This document shows, one piece after another, positions 62,641-64,000 of a stretch of 64,000 bases of DNA. Location of the stretch: contig NC_042998.1 in the NCBI RefSeq assembly GCF_006345805.1, positions 156,736,001 to 156,800,000 of the forward strand. Reading direction: 5' to 3'. Source of the DNA: Octopus sinensis (taxonomy: Eukaryota). Position 1 is the stretch's first letter; every line of letters starts with the position of its first letter. The position numbers were made by a program, and so were the translations under genes. The notes beneath the pieces are model-generated. The model had not been told where the DNA came from. It searched no databases and worked only from the letters and a program-made list of their open reading frames with translations.

Positions 62641-63479
62641 AATAAGATTCACCAAATCATCAGGTATTTACTTTTTAACTGTAGTATTTGTAAGTGTTGT
62701 AAATGTATTGATAATCTACATATTATTTTATTTTAAAATCTATATACAAATTTATTTGTATGTCTACTGTAAAACTAAATGTCAGTCTGTTTCTACATTC
62801 ATTGTAAATCTATTTCAACACTAGCGCCCCTGAGGGTAATATTCTCTGGGAACGCACAAAAGCCCTTTTCAGAGTTATTTTACTTTGAATTGTTATTATC
62901 TCATATATGATTAGCCTGTTATTACGTAACATGCTTCACGATTTTAGTATACATATCGTATTGGTATTTCCTCCTAAGTTCTATATACTTTGGAAATGCA
63001 TTAAAGCCCATTTTGAGGATACTTTATTTGAATTTTTACTATCGGGTAGCTAATTTCATGTTATTACATAACTGACTTCACAATTTGGGCATTCATAACA
63101 TATTGAGGATTCCTAAAAACAAGATTCTGTGTAAGACAGTTCGGTATTCTCTGTAAATGCACAAAACCGTTTTAAGGGCTACATACATTGTATTGTTGTT
63201 ATTGGCTTAGCGAAACAATTATGAGAATGGAACCAAGGGATAAGCCCCGATTTTCCCGGAATCACTGGTTATGTCAGCTAGTATATACATACGTATACAT
63301 ACATACATACGACCCTTTTCAGGTAAGACATTATTATTGTTCACTGATATTTTTTCCTATCTTGTCTGTAATAGATTTGTGACTATTCGGTGGTACAGAA
63401 GTATTTTTTGACTTCTATCATTAGCGATATAGGTACTCATGTAGTACCCTTGTGTATATATGTACATATCTAATATTGT

Positions 63480-63800
63480 ATGTATATATTTTATTAATTT
63501 GCCTCTACGGCTAATAATTCGCTTACCACTTGTGATGGTATTTTAATAACACCATCCCTATATTTATTCCTCACTGATACAAACACCATGCATCCTTGGC
63601 GTGAGCATCGCCAATACATATTCTGACCACTTTTTTTGTACTCATAAAATGCTTCTTCGTTTTGCATCATTTTCTTTTGGGTATAACACCCTTTTCTAGC
63701 AAGTACGAAACCGCATCATCTCCTGGTACATTATTTAAGGACTATTTGGCTGCTATTTTTAGCATACATGACAACCACTTCAATGACTCGAATATATTTG
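63480..63800 (-). mobile_element. Merlin/IS1016-like transposase N-terminal remnant
   Basis: DAVSYLLEKGVIPKRK*CK then (frameshift) SGQNMYWRCSRQGCMVFVSVRN. Confidence 0.5.
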
Positions 63801-64000
63801 TCGACACATGCTTTCTCACAGACAAAAAAAGTTCTCGTTTGGCTTGTTACTATGAAAACAGGCATGAATATGTTTGTAGTTTACGATTGGCTAAGATTAC
63901 CCAAAATTTTCAAACTTTAATAGCTAATATTGATTTAGGGCGAAAATGATTTTCATGGCATCGATTAGCATATAAAAGTATATGCTAATCAATAGGTTTG

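Overview
AT-rich, microsatellite-dense eukaryotic DNA. The SINE/LINE repertoire resembles a coleoid cephalopod such as Octopus (inference). One host gene is recognisable: a four-exon fatty-acid-binding-protein (FABP/iLBP)-like gene on the + strand (28062-55309). Its conserved Trp8 codon reads TAG, and exon 3 carries a compensated frameshift. Most of the rest is transposon-derived: Penelope-like (GIY-YIG) elements, two CR1-like LINEs, a near-intact RTE LINE plus fragments, a mariner with TIRs, Helitron, hAT, CRE-like, Tx1/L1-like and Merlin-like remnants, tRNA-derived SINEs and MITEs. The most striking unannotated signal is about 17 minimal type I hammerhead-ribozyme motifs from about 12 different sequence families. 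Nearly all have a palindromic stem III, many lie in long inverted repeats, and three families carry a non-canonical CCGANGA core. All calls were made by eye; no database searches or folding programs were run.
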